Source: a virus (taxonomy: Duplodnaviria > Caudoviricetes). Taken from it: DNA of 37,846 nt. Shown here in pieces: positions 9,903 through 17,471 of the stretch (position 1 is its first letter; each line of letters starts with the position of its first letter). The notes beneath the pieces are model-generated. The model was given only the letters and a program-made list of their open reading frames with translations. It had not been told where the DNA came from and ran no database searches. A program made the position numbers and the translations under genes. The stretch is from the IMG/VR virus record IMGVR_UViG_3300016665_000270, positions 1-37,846 of that record. The stretch is one strand, 5' to 3'.

Positions 9903-10643
9903 TTATTTGCGCAAGCCAGCCAGTTTTTTCTGGTAGCTGGAGATCAGCTTTGCCGCTGCCGCCGCGGTGAGATGCTCGAGCGTCTCCGGCTCCCAGTCGG
10001 GGAAGTCCTCACCAGACAGATTGTTGATTCCGGTCAAGATTTTGTCGTACTCGACCCCAGCGTGCATCAGATCCGCGCAGATCTGCACCAGCTCGTCGAG
10101 CTGATCTTCACTGATGCACGGCTCTGGAGTCGGCAGGGCTGCGACGGGTGCAACGGCAGCGACGGGGATTGATTCGACCTCGGTTTCGTCGAGCATCCCC
10201 AGGCCACAGATTGACAAGGTAACTCTCCTTTTTGCCTTTGTCTCTGCCTTCATCAGCGCGTTAGCCAGCGCTTCGCCTTTGGCGTTGCCGATCGCCACCG
10301 CGCCGATCGACTCGTCTGACCGGCCATCGGTTGTGGTGGCGCGAGCGGTGACGACGTAGACATCCTCGACGCGCTCACGGCTGACGATGACGACCGAGAC
10401 GCCACGCAGGCTCCGCAACTGATCGGTGGCGTCTTTGCGTGCGTACAGGGTGAGCTTGCCGTTCAAGGTGATGTACTCGAACGGCTTGGTCAGCGGATTC
10501 AGCCCGATTGACTGGCAGACCGTGCTGTAATACTTGGCGCGCTCTTCTGGCTGCAGCTTGGCCAGATCGCCGCGCACGATCACGCTCTCCATGATCTCCC
10601 CGGCCGATGCCGAGGAGTGAATCATTGCTTGTGGTGTTGCCAT
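9903..10643 (-). CDS. Single-strand annealing protein (Red-beta/RecT-like recombinase)
   Basis: 'VCQSIGLNPLTKPFEYI...ANALMKAETKAKRRVTLSICGLGMLDETE'; GGAG RBS; own promoter. Confidence 0.75.
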   Translation of the reverse strand: MATPQAMIHSSASAGEIMESVIVRGDLAKLQPEERAKYYSTVCQSIGLNPLTKPFEYITLNGKLTLYARKDATDQLRSLRGVSVVIVSRERVEDVYVVTARATTTDGRSDESIGAVAIGNAKGEALANALMKAETKAKRRVTLSICGLGMLDETEVESIPVAAVAPVAALPTPEPCISEDQLDELVQICADLMHAGVEYDKILTGINNLSGEDFPDWEPETLEHLTAAAAAKLISSYQKKLAGLRK

Positions 10644-10699
10644 GGTTTCTCCGTTGTGATTTTCCTGATGTTATTGGTCGACCCCGTGTCGAGGTGGTG

Positions 10700-10738
10700 A
10701 ATATATGACAGGTTGATGAATTAGTCAAATGGAAAATT
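10700..10738 (-). promoter_or_regulatory. Leftward sigma70-type promoter for the SSAP-tmk operon
   Basis: Minus strand reads AATTTTCC-at-TTGACT-N17-TATATT. Confidence 0.8.
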
Positions 10739-10756
10739 CGCCAACCTGAAAAATAA

Positions 10757-11083
10757 TTACCACGTCCACCGGCGGGGCGGTTCCGCGTGGTAATCCTCCC
10801 CCTCATCCTCAAGGCGCTTGGTCGTGCAGGAGGGGCATTCGAAATGCCCCTCTTGATCAGCTGACCAGCCAATCTCAGTCAGAAAAGATGCCAGCTCCCG
10901 CTCTTGCTCTGCGGCCTGACGTTGCAATTTACCATCGGCGCCCTTGCCGACAAGCGGATGGGGACAGGGACCGGGCGCTTCCTCCGTGTATTTGTGCCAG
11001 ACGCCACACGTCCAGCAGCCGATATGCAGGTCATAGCCGATCATTTCGGCCAGCTGGGTCAAGTTCATTCCGTGATCGTTCAC
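10757..11083 (-). CDS. Hypothetical Cys-rich (Zn-binding) protein
   Basis: CWTC, CPH, CPSC; GGAGG RBS; coupled to upstream gene. Confidence 0.65.
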   Translation of the reverse strand: MNDHGMNLTQLAEMIGYDLHIGCWTCGVWHKYTEEAPGPCPHPLVGKGADGKLQRQAAEQERELASFLTEIGWSADQEGHFECPSCTTKRLEDEGEDYHAEPPRRWTW

Positions 11084-11403
11084 TCCCCACCTCCCTCAAT
11101 CTTGGCCAGCAATTGCTTTGCCTGACTGCTCAGGTTGCGCAGAGTATCCGCTAAAGCTGCCGCTGACATCATACTGCCATAGCCGCTGTTCGTTGATGTG
11201 GCTACCCGCGTTAATAGCTCATACATCTCAGATGCCGCCATCATTAGACAAGCGTAATAATGACGTTGCTCAGAGTCTTCGCCAGGTAGATGACAATGAG
11301 CCTCTTCGCAGACGCAAGTCTGAATGTAACGATTGGTATCTGGGTGACGAAGTGAGTAGCCCATATCGCGTCCCTTAAGAAGCCCGTCAATGTCCAGTTT
11401 CAT
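11080..11403 (-). CDS. Hypothetical protein with 'AA(S/P)EMxELL...AKIEG' C-terminal module
   Basis: ORF track; coupled start and stop; tail shared with the neighbouring gene. Confidence 0.65.
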   Translation of the reverse strand: MKLDIDGLLKGRDMGYSLRHPDTNRYIQTCVCEEAHCHLPGEDSEQRHYYACLMMAASEMYELLTRVATSTNSGYGSMMSAAALADTLRNLSSQAKQLLAKIEGGGE

Positions 11404-11428
11404 TCCCCACCTCCCTCAATCTTGGCCA
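11084..11428. repeat. 25-bp direct repeat TCCCCACCTCCCTCAATCTTGGCCA at 11084-11108 and 11404-11428
   Basis: Identical copies; each encodes ..AKIEGGGE and carries the RBS of the next gene. Confidence 0.9.
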
Positions 11429-11612
11429 TCAGTGCGTCAATTGCCTTCAAATCAATTTCCGCATAGCCGTCACTGCGCAGATTGGCATCGGCCACATACT
11501 GTCGTACATCGCGCAGCAGCTCCAGCATCTCAGGCGCGGCGTCACGGATGCGCGCATCTCTGTCCATAGCGGGTTGCACTGATAAATCGTAGTCAATAAT
11601 CAGCCTACTCAT
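11400..11612 (-). CDS. Hypothetical protein ('DARIRDAAPEMLELL...AKIEG' type)
   Basis: Common small phage early-protein pattern; coupled to neighbours. Confidence 0.7.
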   Translation of the reverse strand: MSRLIIDYDLSVQPAMDRDARIRDAAPEMLELLRDVRQYVADANLRSDGYAEIDLKAIDALMAKIEGGGE

Positions 11613-11887
11613 ATCGGCATCACCTCCTCATCGCAGCACATCGGGCAGGGCTCAACGCCTGACGGCTCGATCCAGCCGTATCCACGGCGCACGCCGTGAC
11701 TGATCTCGCCCGTACCATCGCACTCCGGGCAGGGTGGCTGGGCTGGCTCCTGCTCGTCAAGCCACTGCTCCCACGCGCAGTGCGCGCAGTCGGCGCGGTG
11801 CGGAAAGTGGGCCTCATGTGAACAAGGCCCGCATACAGGGTAATCGGCGAGATTCTCAGATCCGCAACGAAGGCAATTGGCGTCCAT
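11609..11887 (-). CDS. Zn-finger protein with DnaJ-like CxxCxGxG motif
   Basis: CLRC, CGPC, CAHC, CPECDGTG, CPMC. Confidence 0.7.
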   Translation of the reverse strand: MDANCLRCGSENLADYPVCGPCSHEAHFPHRADCAHCAWEQWLDEQEPAQPPCPECDGTGEISHGVRRGYGWIEPSGVEPCPMCCDEEVMPI

Positions 11888-12108
11888 TACCGCACCACCT
11901 TTGCTGTTAAAACATTGACGACTGGAAAACTGTCGCCGGGAATGGTGGCGAGCTCGTCCATCGTCAGGGACGTTGAGAAAACCGGCAGCTGATCGATGTT
12001 GCGCGCGACCATCTCCGCGATCGCCTCTGCGATCTGCTCTTTGGTGTCAACAGGGTAAATCAAGTCGTCGTTGATGTCGTTGCTCTGCGAAATAGTTACA
12101 AAAGTCAT
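11887..12108 (-). CDS. Hypothetical protein, first gene of the leftward operon
   Basis: AGGAGA RBS precedes ATG at 12108 (MTFVTISQ). The longer 12168 start overlaps the promoter. Confidence 0.7.
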   Translation of the reverse strand: MTFVTISQSNDINDDLIYPVDTKEQIAEAIAEMVARNIDQLPVFSTSLTMDELATIPGDSFPVVNVLTAKVVR

Positions 12109-12156
12109 TGTCTTTCTCCTGATTACCGGCGGCTTCATTGCCGCTTCGATGATGTG

Positions 12157-12195
12157 AATATATTCCAAGTCCTTGAATTAGTCAAACGGAAAATT
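12157..12195 (-). promoter_or_regulatory. Leftward sigma70-type promoter (PL-like)
   Basis: Minus strand reads AATTTTCC-gt-TTGACT-N17-TATATT; same boxes as the 10700-10738 promoter. Confidence 0.8.
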
Positions 12196-12230
12196 CAATT
12201 TATCGCAAAATATTTTTGACCGGTCACTCA

Positions 12231-12270
12231 AATTTTCCACTTGACAATTACGTTGAGTCTCCGTTACCGT
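12231..12270 (+). promoter_or_regulatory. Rightward promoter (PR-like)
   Basis: AATTTTCC-ac-TTGACA-N18-TACCGT. Confidence 0.65.
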
Positions 12271-12277
12271 GACGGCG

Positions 12278-12520
12278 ATGGATATGAACGAGGCAACAAA
12301 TCAGCTGTCAGTGGCGCAGGCGGCGGAATTTCGCGGCGTGTCGCGCCAGACTGTGGGCGTATGGATCAGGCGGCAGTGGTTACCTGCCACGCGTATCGGG
12401 TCGCGCTGGGTCGTTGACCGTCAGGTTTTGGCCGGATTCGAGGCTCCGCGCGGTGCGTACCGTGCGCGACGCCCCCGGCCTGTAGAGATTGTAGATGGTG
12501 CGTCAGATGGGGGCATTTGA
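12278..12520 (+). CDS. Excisionase/MerR-like (HTH_17) DNA-binding protein
   Basis: 'LSVAQAAEFRGVSRQTVGVWIRRQWLPATRIGSRWVV'. No SD sequence; ATG at 12278 lies about at the predicted +1. Confidence 0.8.
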   Translation: MDMNEATNQLSVAQAAEFRGVSRQTVGVWIRRQWLPATRIGSRWVVDRQVLAGFEAPRGAYRARRPRPVEIVDGASDGGI

Positions 12521-13088
12521 CGCATCAGCTGGCTGCTTGTTCTTTGGGTGCAGACTAATCCAATCTGCGACAGGCATGGCGAAGTAAGGGGCGATCCCCC
12601 GGGCAGCCAGCAGATTTATCCGAGCGGGGATTGGGAGCCGCTGTATCAACACGGTATAGTTAAGGTTAATGGTCGCAACGCGAGTAGGCCTTATTTGTTC
12701 CGTGCCCATTCCCCCATCGGGCCAAGATTGAGACATCCGACGACGGGCCACACACTCCCCGCGATAGCCTAACGGCTTTCAAATCGTCGGAAATCCGGCA
12801 ACGAACAGCAGCGTTGCCGCAGGAGAGGGGACAATACTTGCGCTCCTCTCCTCTCACCAGTTTGGGATGCTCGCTTTGTTCTCGCCGTGCAGTAGGCTGT
12901 GAGGTAGCCGGCAAGCGTCGTGCTATCAGCTGCGATCAGTAATGACTGAAATAGTTATTGATCGGCTGACAATTAAGTAAAAAAATAGGGATCCCCCGGC
13001 GAGCATCCCATCAAGTTCCGGCGTGTGCCGGATTTTCTCCTGATAGTGACTGGACTCCTCGGGGTGGCGTGTGCCACCCCACTTTTTT
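12497..13088 (+). ncRNA. Putative large structured non-coding RNA (~600 nt)
   Basis: No credible ORF; many nested stems with G-U pairs favouring the + strand; ends in an intrinsic terminator (see findings). Confidence 0.7.
13061..13088 (+). terminator. Intrinsic terminator
   Basis: GGGGTGGC-GTGT-GCCACCCC-AC-TTTTTT. Confidence 0.85.
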
Positions 13089-13101
13089 ATGAGGTGATGA
13101 G

Positions 13102-13242
13102 ATGGAGCTGATTTTCTGGGCAATTTTTGTTCTTGGTGGCATCAACTACCGGCCAGTGGAGCCGGACTATCTGACGGCACCACGGCGGATCGAGCCGGAG
13201 CAGCCTGTCAGACCTGTGCGGCAATCTCGCCCAGGTAGGTAA
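13102..13242 (+). CDS. 46-aa small protein with hydrophobic N-terminus (not in the ORF track)
   Basis: GAGGTG RBS; MELIFWAIFVLGGINYRPVEPDYLTAPRRIEPEQPVRPVRQSRPGR*. Confidence 0.55.
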   Translation: MELIFWAIFVLGGINYRPVEPDYLTAPRRIEPEQPVRPVRQSRPGR

Positions 13243-13278
13243 TTTTCCGCTTGCAAAATTCGCAGACCTGCGTATAAT
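13241..13278 (+). promoter_or_regulatory. Promoter for the replication operon
   Basis: AATTTTCC-gc-TTGCAA-N16-TATAAT. Confidence 0.75.
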
Positions 13279-13282
13279 TGCC

Positions 13283-13442
13283 TTGCGGTCGGGAGTGACG
13301 CCCCGCGAGACAGCCGCAAAAGGGAAACTGAAACGAGACGACATCAAAGCCTTCTGAGAAGGCGGGTCAGGCAACCGACAGGCCGTCAACCTGTCATCAG
13401 TTTCCCACCTGCCCGTTTTCTCAGAGGGCTTTTCTATTTTTT
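13283..13442 (+). promoter_or_regulatory. Structured 5' leader/attenuator upstream of the replication initiator
   Basis: Long stem 13346-13371/13408-13433 followed by a T-tract; additional pairing 13322-13331/13397-13406. Confidence 0.65.
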
Positions 13443-13451
13443 GAGGTGACA

Positions 13452-14354
13452 ATGAAACTTCTCAAGATTTTGAGTCGTCCCATAGCGTTTCACCGATGCC
13501 TGGCCGAGCTGACTGGCTCTGTTACGGCTGGCCTGATGCTGAGTCAGGCTCTTTATTGGACGCCACGGGCCAAAGATCCTGATGGATGGTTTTGGAAGAC
13601 GCAGGATGAGTGGTTCGAGGAGACGATGCTTTCCCGCAAAGAGCAGGAAACAGCTCGACGGCGACTCAAGGAACTGGGCAACGGCTCAGTTTGGCACGAA
13701 CAGTTGCGAGGAGTCCCGGCAAAGCTCTTTTACAGGATAGACCTAGACGCGCTTGAAGCTCTGCTATTGGCAACCAAGGATGCGCCAATCGGTCAAACCA
13801 GTATGCCCGAAAGTGACATACTGGAATGCACGAATCGGGCAAACAAGATAGCCCGAATCGGGCAAGCATTAATAACAGAGACTACAACAGAGATCACTCC
13901 AGAGACTACACATAGAGGGAGAGCGGTCGCGGTGATCCCGGCAGACGCGAAACCAGCAAGACCCCTCCCCCCTTCTGGTGGATCGGCGGTCGATGTTGCA
14001 CTCGAACACTTCCCGCAAATGGGGATCTGGCAGCAGGAGTTGATTGAAAACGCGCAGATCAACCACCTGACCATCTGGCGCAAATGCTGCGAGGACTGGC
14101 GCGACAACAGGTACAGCGAGCGCAACGTCAAAGGATTGATCGACAGTTACTACAAGGCCGAAACCCAGCACGCAAAGGAGAAAGCAACCAATGGACGCAA
14201 TAGCAATGCACCTCGACGAGAGAGCCACAACGAACGCGCAGCCCGTGAGACGTTCGAACTCATCAGACAACTCACCGGAGCGGAGAGCGGCTCTGATAGC
14301 ACTGATCCAGCAGACACGATCTTTAAGCTCCCTCCCGCTTTCGGCGGGAGATGA
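13452..14354 (+). CDS. Phage replication initiator (lambda O-analogous, N-terminal wHTH)
   Basis: 'RPIAFH...GSVTAGLMLSQALYW...DGWFWKT..EW.EET.LSR.EQETARR.L'; internal iterons; GAGGTG RBS. Confidence 0.85.
   Translation: MKLLKILSRPIAFHRCLAELTGSVTAGLMLSQALYWTPRAKDPDGWFWKTQDEWFEETMLSRKEQETARRRLKELGNGSVWHEQLRGVPAKLFYRIDLDALEALLLATKDAPIGQTSMPESDILECTNRANKIARIGQALITETTTEITPETTHRGRAVAVIPADAKPARPLPPSGGSAVDVALEHFPQMGIWQQELIENAQINHLTIWRKCCEDWRDNRYSERNVKGLIDSYYKAETQHAKEKATNGRNSNAPRRESHNERAARETFELIRQLTGAESGSDSTDPADTIFKLPPAFGGR
13780..13917 (+). repeat. Putative replication origin: four ~19-bp iterons at 23-bp period, then 12-bp CAGAGA repeats
   Basis: atgcgccaatcggtcaaac (13780), atgcccgaaagtgacatac (13803), atgcacgaatcgggcaaac (13826), tagcccgaatcgggcaagc (13849); then ATTAATAA and acagagactaca/acagagatcact/ccagagactaca. 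Confidence 0.8.
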
Positions 14355-14805
14355 GCTGGCCATCGCGGTGTCAACCTGGGGGCTGGCCGTCGAAGAGATC
14401 CCCGACCGACTCCTCGGGCCGTCGTGGGAGTTGAGCGTCAAGAATCACGACTGGTCGAGGCCGTTCTCGCCGATGTCCATCCGCGAGGCCTACAAGACGC
14501 TCCTGATCGAGGATCGAGAACGCCGCGAGAAAGACCGCTACCGCACCGCCAAGCGCGGCGACGACCTTTATGCCTGTCCCTTCTGTCAGGATACAGGCTA
14601 CACGGCCATTGCGATCTACTGCGGGTCATTTCGCGACTGGCACAAATGCGCGCGCGCCTGCGAGTGCGCCGCCACTCCGATCAACCAGCGGCGCCCGCGT
14701 GTAATCACTGACTCATGGATCTATGCCGATGATGGCCGGTGGTATCCGGCATCTACTGATCAATCACCGCAGTGCTACTGCGCATTCTGTCGAAACAGGA
14801 GGTAG
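14191..14805 (+). CDS. Putative helicase loader/inhibitor-like protein with Zn finger
   Basis: Follows and overlaps the initiator (lambda P position); AAGGAG RBS; CPFCQDTG, CEC, CYCAFC. Confidence 0.6.
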   Translation: MDAIAMHLDERATTNAQPVRRSNSSDNSPERRAALIALIQQTRSLSSLPLSAGDELAIAVSTWGLAVEEIPDRLLGPSWELSVKNHDWSRPFSPMSIREAYKTLLIEDRERREKDRYRTAKRGDDLYACPFCQDTGYTAIAIYCGSFRDWHKCARACECAATPINQRRPRVITDSWIYADDGRWYPASTDQSPQCYCAFCRNRR

Positions 14806-14807
14806 TA

Positions 14808-15134
14808 ATGGTCTACACAAATCAGACAATTCAGATTGACACCTACACGGGGCACCGGATTACCCGCGGCAAGATCCGGATATACGACATCACCAAGAAA
14901 GATGGCTTTAAGCTTGGCCGTGTGAACATTTATGACCAGATCGGCTTGCTTGTCCGCCAGATTGATCGGAGCTGGCCAGACGGGCAAAAGCACGCCTACT
15001 GTACCGACTGGTTTTTTTGCAACGAGAATGGGCAGCGCGTTCGGCGCGAATTCGCGGAAATGAACCAGCGGTGGATGGATTACATCTCGAAGAGCTGGGA
15101 TAGCCAGCACATGATGAGCGAACTTGGAGTTTAG
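14808..15134 (+). CDS. Hypothetical protein
   Basis: AGGAGG RBS before ATG at 14808. Confidence 0.7.
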   Translation: MVYTNQTIQIDTYTGHRITRGKIRIYDITKKDGFKLGRVNIYDQIGLLVRQIDRSWPDGQKHAYCTDWFFCNENGQRVRREFAEMNQRWMDYISKSWDSQHMMSELGV

Positions 15135-15145
15135 GAGAACACACA

Positions 15146-15451
15146 ATGAGACGAGCGGCAAAGGTAGACAGGAATCAGGCGGAGATCGTTGAAGCGTTCC
15201 GGCGGCTGGGTTGCACGGTGCATTGCACTCATACCCTTGGGCAGGGGTTTCCCGATCTGGTAGTTGGGCATCTCGGCAACAACTATCTGGTCGAGGTCAA
15301 AGACTGGCAGCAGCCACCAAGCAAGCGAAAGCTGACGGCTGACGAGGCTGAATGGCATGCCAACTGGCGTGGCCATGTCACCGTCGTCATGTGCGTGGCT
15401 GACGTTGAGCAGGTCGTCAATATCTGGCGCAAAGAATGGAGGGCAGCGTGA
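15146..15451 (+). CDS. VRR-NUC/PD-(D/E)XK nuclease (Holliday-junction resolvase-like)
   Basis: '[13 protein letters not shown]...GFPDLVVG...LVEVK...LT.DE..W'. Confidence 0.85.
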   Translation: MRRAAKVDRNQAEIVEAFRRLGCTVHCTHTLGQGFPDLVVGHLGNNYLVEVKDWQQPPSKRKLTADEAEWHANWRGHVTVVMCVADVEQVVNIWRKEWRAA

Positions 15452-15645
15452 GAGAACTGATTCATTCAGTAGCAAGGGCAATCTGCACGGCTGGCGCGTG
15501 CCTGCTGGCCATTATCCTGATCGCAGGATATTTCGAATGGTGGTCATGGGAAGAGCTGACCACGCCAATTCAGGCGATCATCGGCGGGTGGTTTATCTCC
15601 CTGTTGATCATGATGGCCAGCCACGATCGGAGGGTGACACGATGA
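15448..15645 (+). CDS. Small two-TM membrane protein
   Basis: GTGA coupling on the left, ATGA on the right; two hydrophobic segments. Confidence 0.6.
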   Translation: MRELIHSVARAICTAGACLLAIILIAGYFEWWSWEELTTPIQAIIGGWFISLLIMMASHDRRVTR

Positions 15646-16439
15646 ACCAGTATCATGATCTTGTCCAGGGCGTCCTTGATCACGGCATCACCCGCGACGA
15701 CCGGACAGGCGTCGGCACTCGCTCTGTATTTGGTCGCCAGTTGCGCTTTGACCTGCGTGCTGGCTTCCCCCTGCTGACCACCCGAAAGATCCACTGGCGG
15801 TCAATTGTGAGCGAATTGTTATGGATGCTGCGCGGGGATTCCAACGTCCGATCGCTGCAGCGCGACGGAATCACCATCTGGAACGAATGGGCAGACGAGA
15901 ATGGCGACCTTGGGCCGGTCTATGGTGTCCAATGGCGGCATTGGGGCGGCGATCAACTGAAGCGAGTCATCAACGAGATCCGCACCAATCCGACCTCCCG
16001 ACGGCTGATCGTAAGCGCCTGGAATGCGGCGGAGATCAACCGAATGGCACTCCCCCCGTGCCACGCTCTGTTTCAATTTCACGTCGATCTGCGCAGCCTG
16101 ACCGATGGATATCTCGACTGCCATCTCTACCAGCGGTCATCAGATGTCTTTCTCGGCCTGCCGTTCAATATTGCGTCCTACGCCCTGCTGACTCATATGG
16201 TAGCGCACGTCTGCGGCCTCAATGCTGGCGATCTGATCATCTCGATTGGTGACGCTCACCTGTACCGCAACCACGAGGAGCAGGCGCGGCTCCTGCTGAC
16301 GCGCGATCACCTGCCAGCACCCGCGCTGCGGCTCAACCCTGATCTATGGCGCGGTCAGATTGATCGGTTCACGGCTGAGGATATCAGCCTCGAAAACTAC
16401 CAGTACCACCCGGCAATCAAAGCGCCGGTGGCAGTATAG
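15642..16439 (+). CDS. thyA: Thymidylate synthase
   Basis: Start MNQYHDLV; [55 protein letters not shown]. Confidence 0.97.
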   Translation: MNQYHDLVQGVLDHGITRDDRTGVGTRSVFGRQLRFDLRAGFPLLTTRKIHWRSIVSELLWMLRGDSNVRSLQRDGITIWNEWADENGDLGPVYGVQWRHWGGDQLKRVINEIRTNPTSRRLIVSAWNAAEINRMALPPCHALFQFHVDLRSLTDGYLDCHLYQRSSDVFLGLPFNIASYALLTHMVAHVCGLNAGDLIISIGDAHLYRNHEEQARLLLTRDHLPAPALRLNPDLWRGQIDRFTAEDISLENYQYHPAIKAPVAV

Positions 16440-16452
16440 GAGGAAACACACA

Positions 16453-17145
16453 ATGGCTTTGAAATGGCATAACGCAGCCATCAAAATGGCGAAAGAAGGG
16501 CGCACCGCCGAGCAGATCATGGACGGCGTGGGAATCTCCGCCGACGTCTACCACAGGCACTGTCAGCGCAATCCGGATCTGGCCGCGCAGCTCCCGCGAG
16601 TGATCAAAATCGACGAACCGCCGATCCTTACTGCGGAGATTTCCCTTATCGCTGCGATCGATCGCAATGGTGGGCTTGGGAAAAACGGCGACTTGCAGTG
16701 GCACCAATCAGCAGATCTTCAACGATTCCGATTTTTGACCCATGGGCATACTGTAATCATGGGCCGGAGGACGTATCAATCATTAAACATCGTTGCGCTT
16801 CCTGATCGGAAGCTCGTGGTTCTAACGAACAGGAAGAATTTTACTGTTGACCATCCTGATGTCCAGATTGCGTCATCCCTCGTGATGGCGCTGCTGGATG
16901 CGCAACAGGCAGGGGCCGAAAAGATTTTTTTGGCTGGCGGCGAAGAGGTCTACACCCTTGGTCTCGGTTTTGCGGACAGAATCTACCTGACCGAGATCGA
17001 CACCGCAATCAATCGGCCTGACGTTGTGTTTCCGATTTGGGATCTCCCGCACTGGGATCTGATCGAGACTCGCGGCCCATATCGGGCCGATGACAGCAAC
17101 CAATATCCCTACACCTACAAAACCTATACCCGGAGGCAAAAGTGA
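16453..17145 (+). CDS. folA: Dihydrofolate reductase with ~60-aa N-terminal HTH-like extension
   Basis: LIAAIDRNGGLGKNGDL.W..SADL.RF, VIMGRRT..S, LP.R..VVL, GG.EVY, RIYLTEI; GGAGG RBS. Confidence 0.92.
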   Translation: MALKWHNAAIKMAKEGRTAEQIMDGVGISADVYHRHCQRNPDLAAQLPRVIKIDEPPILTAEISLIAAIDRNGGLGKNGDLQWHQSADLQRFRFLTHGHTVIMGRRTYQSLNIVALPDRKLVVLTNRKNFTVDHPDVQIASSLVMALLDAQQAGAEKIFLAGGEEVYTLGLGFADRIYLTEIDTAINRPDVVFPIWDLPHWDLIETRGPYRADDSNQYPYTYKTYTRRQK

Positions 17146-17471
17146 TAGAAGAACTGACCAACGCTCAACGACTCTGCGACCTGCTGATTCTTGATCGGCT
17201 GGCATCGCAGGCCTATACGACCTATCTCAACCGCGCGCAGGCCGCGCGGAATGCTGGCCACGAGGATGAGGCGCAATTCTACGCCGATCGGGCGGACGCG
17301 ACCTTAATCGCAACAAACGAAATCCACAAGCTGAGAGACAAGGCCATTGCCAAGGCTCTTATTGAATGGGCGCAGCTGGACATCCTCGATTTCCGGCTTC
17401 ACGTCGAGCGGCTTGGGCTGACAATCCCCGCGCCAATCCTGCGGGATATGATGGAGGAGGTGACCAAGTGA
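17142..17471 (+). CDS. Hypothetical helical protein
   Basis: Coupled to folA and dcd; GGAGG RBS. Confidence 0.7.
   Translation: MIEELTNAQRLCDLLILDRLASQAYTTYLNRAQAARNAGHEDEAQFYADRADATLIATNEIHKLRDKAIAKALIEWAQLDILDFRLHVERLGLTIPAPILRDMMEEVTK

Noticed and set aside
12497-13445. CRISPR/TIGR array, tRNA, tmRNA or intron in the long intergenic region
   Set aside because: No regularly spaced repeats, tRNA arms or intron end motifs were seen, and no Cas, Nop-domain, RT or maturase gene is present.
12503-13452. ORF-track ORFs 12503..12751, 12548..12772, 12666..12914, 12926..13123 and 13087..13452
   Set aside because: No RBS, no protein-like features, and they overlap stems, a terminator and a promoter.
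15642-16439. ThyA as a DNA-hypermodification enzyme (dCMP/dUMP hydroxymethylase)
   Set aside because: It has the canonical dUMP-specific PFN asparagine and all standard ThyA motifs, is paired with DHFR, and no phage DNA polymerase is present.
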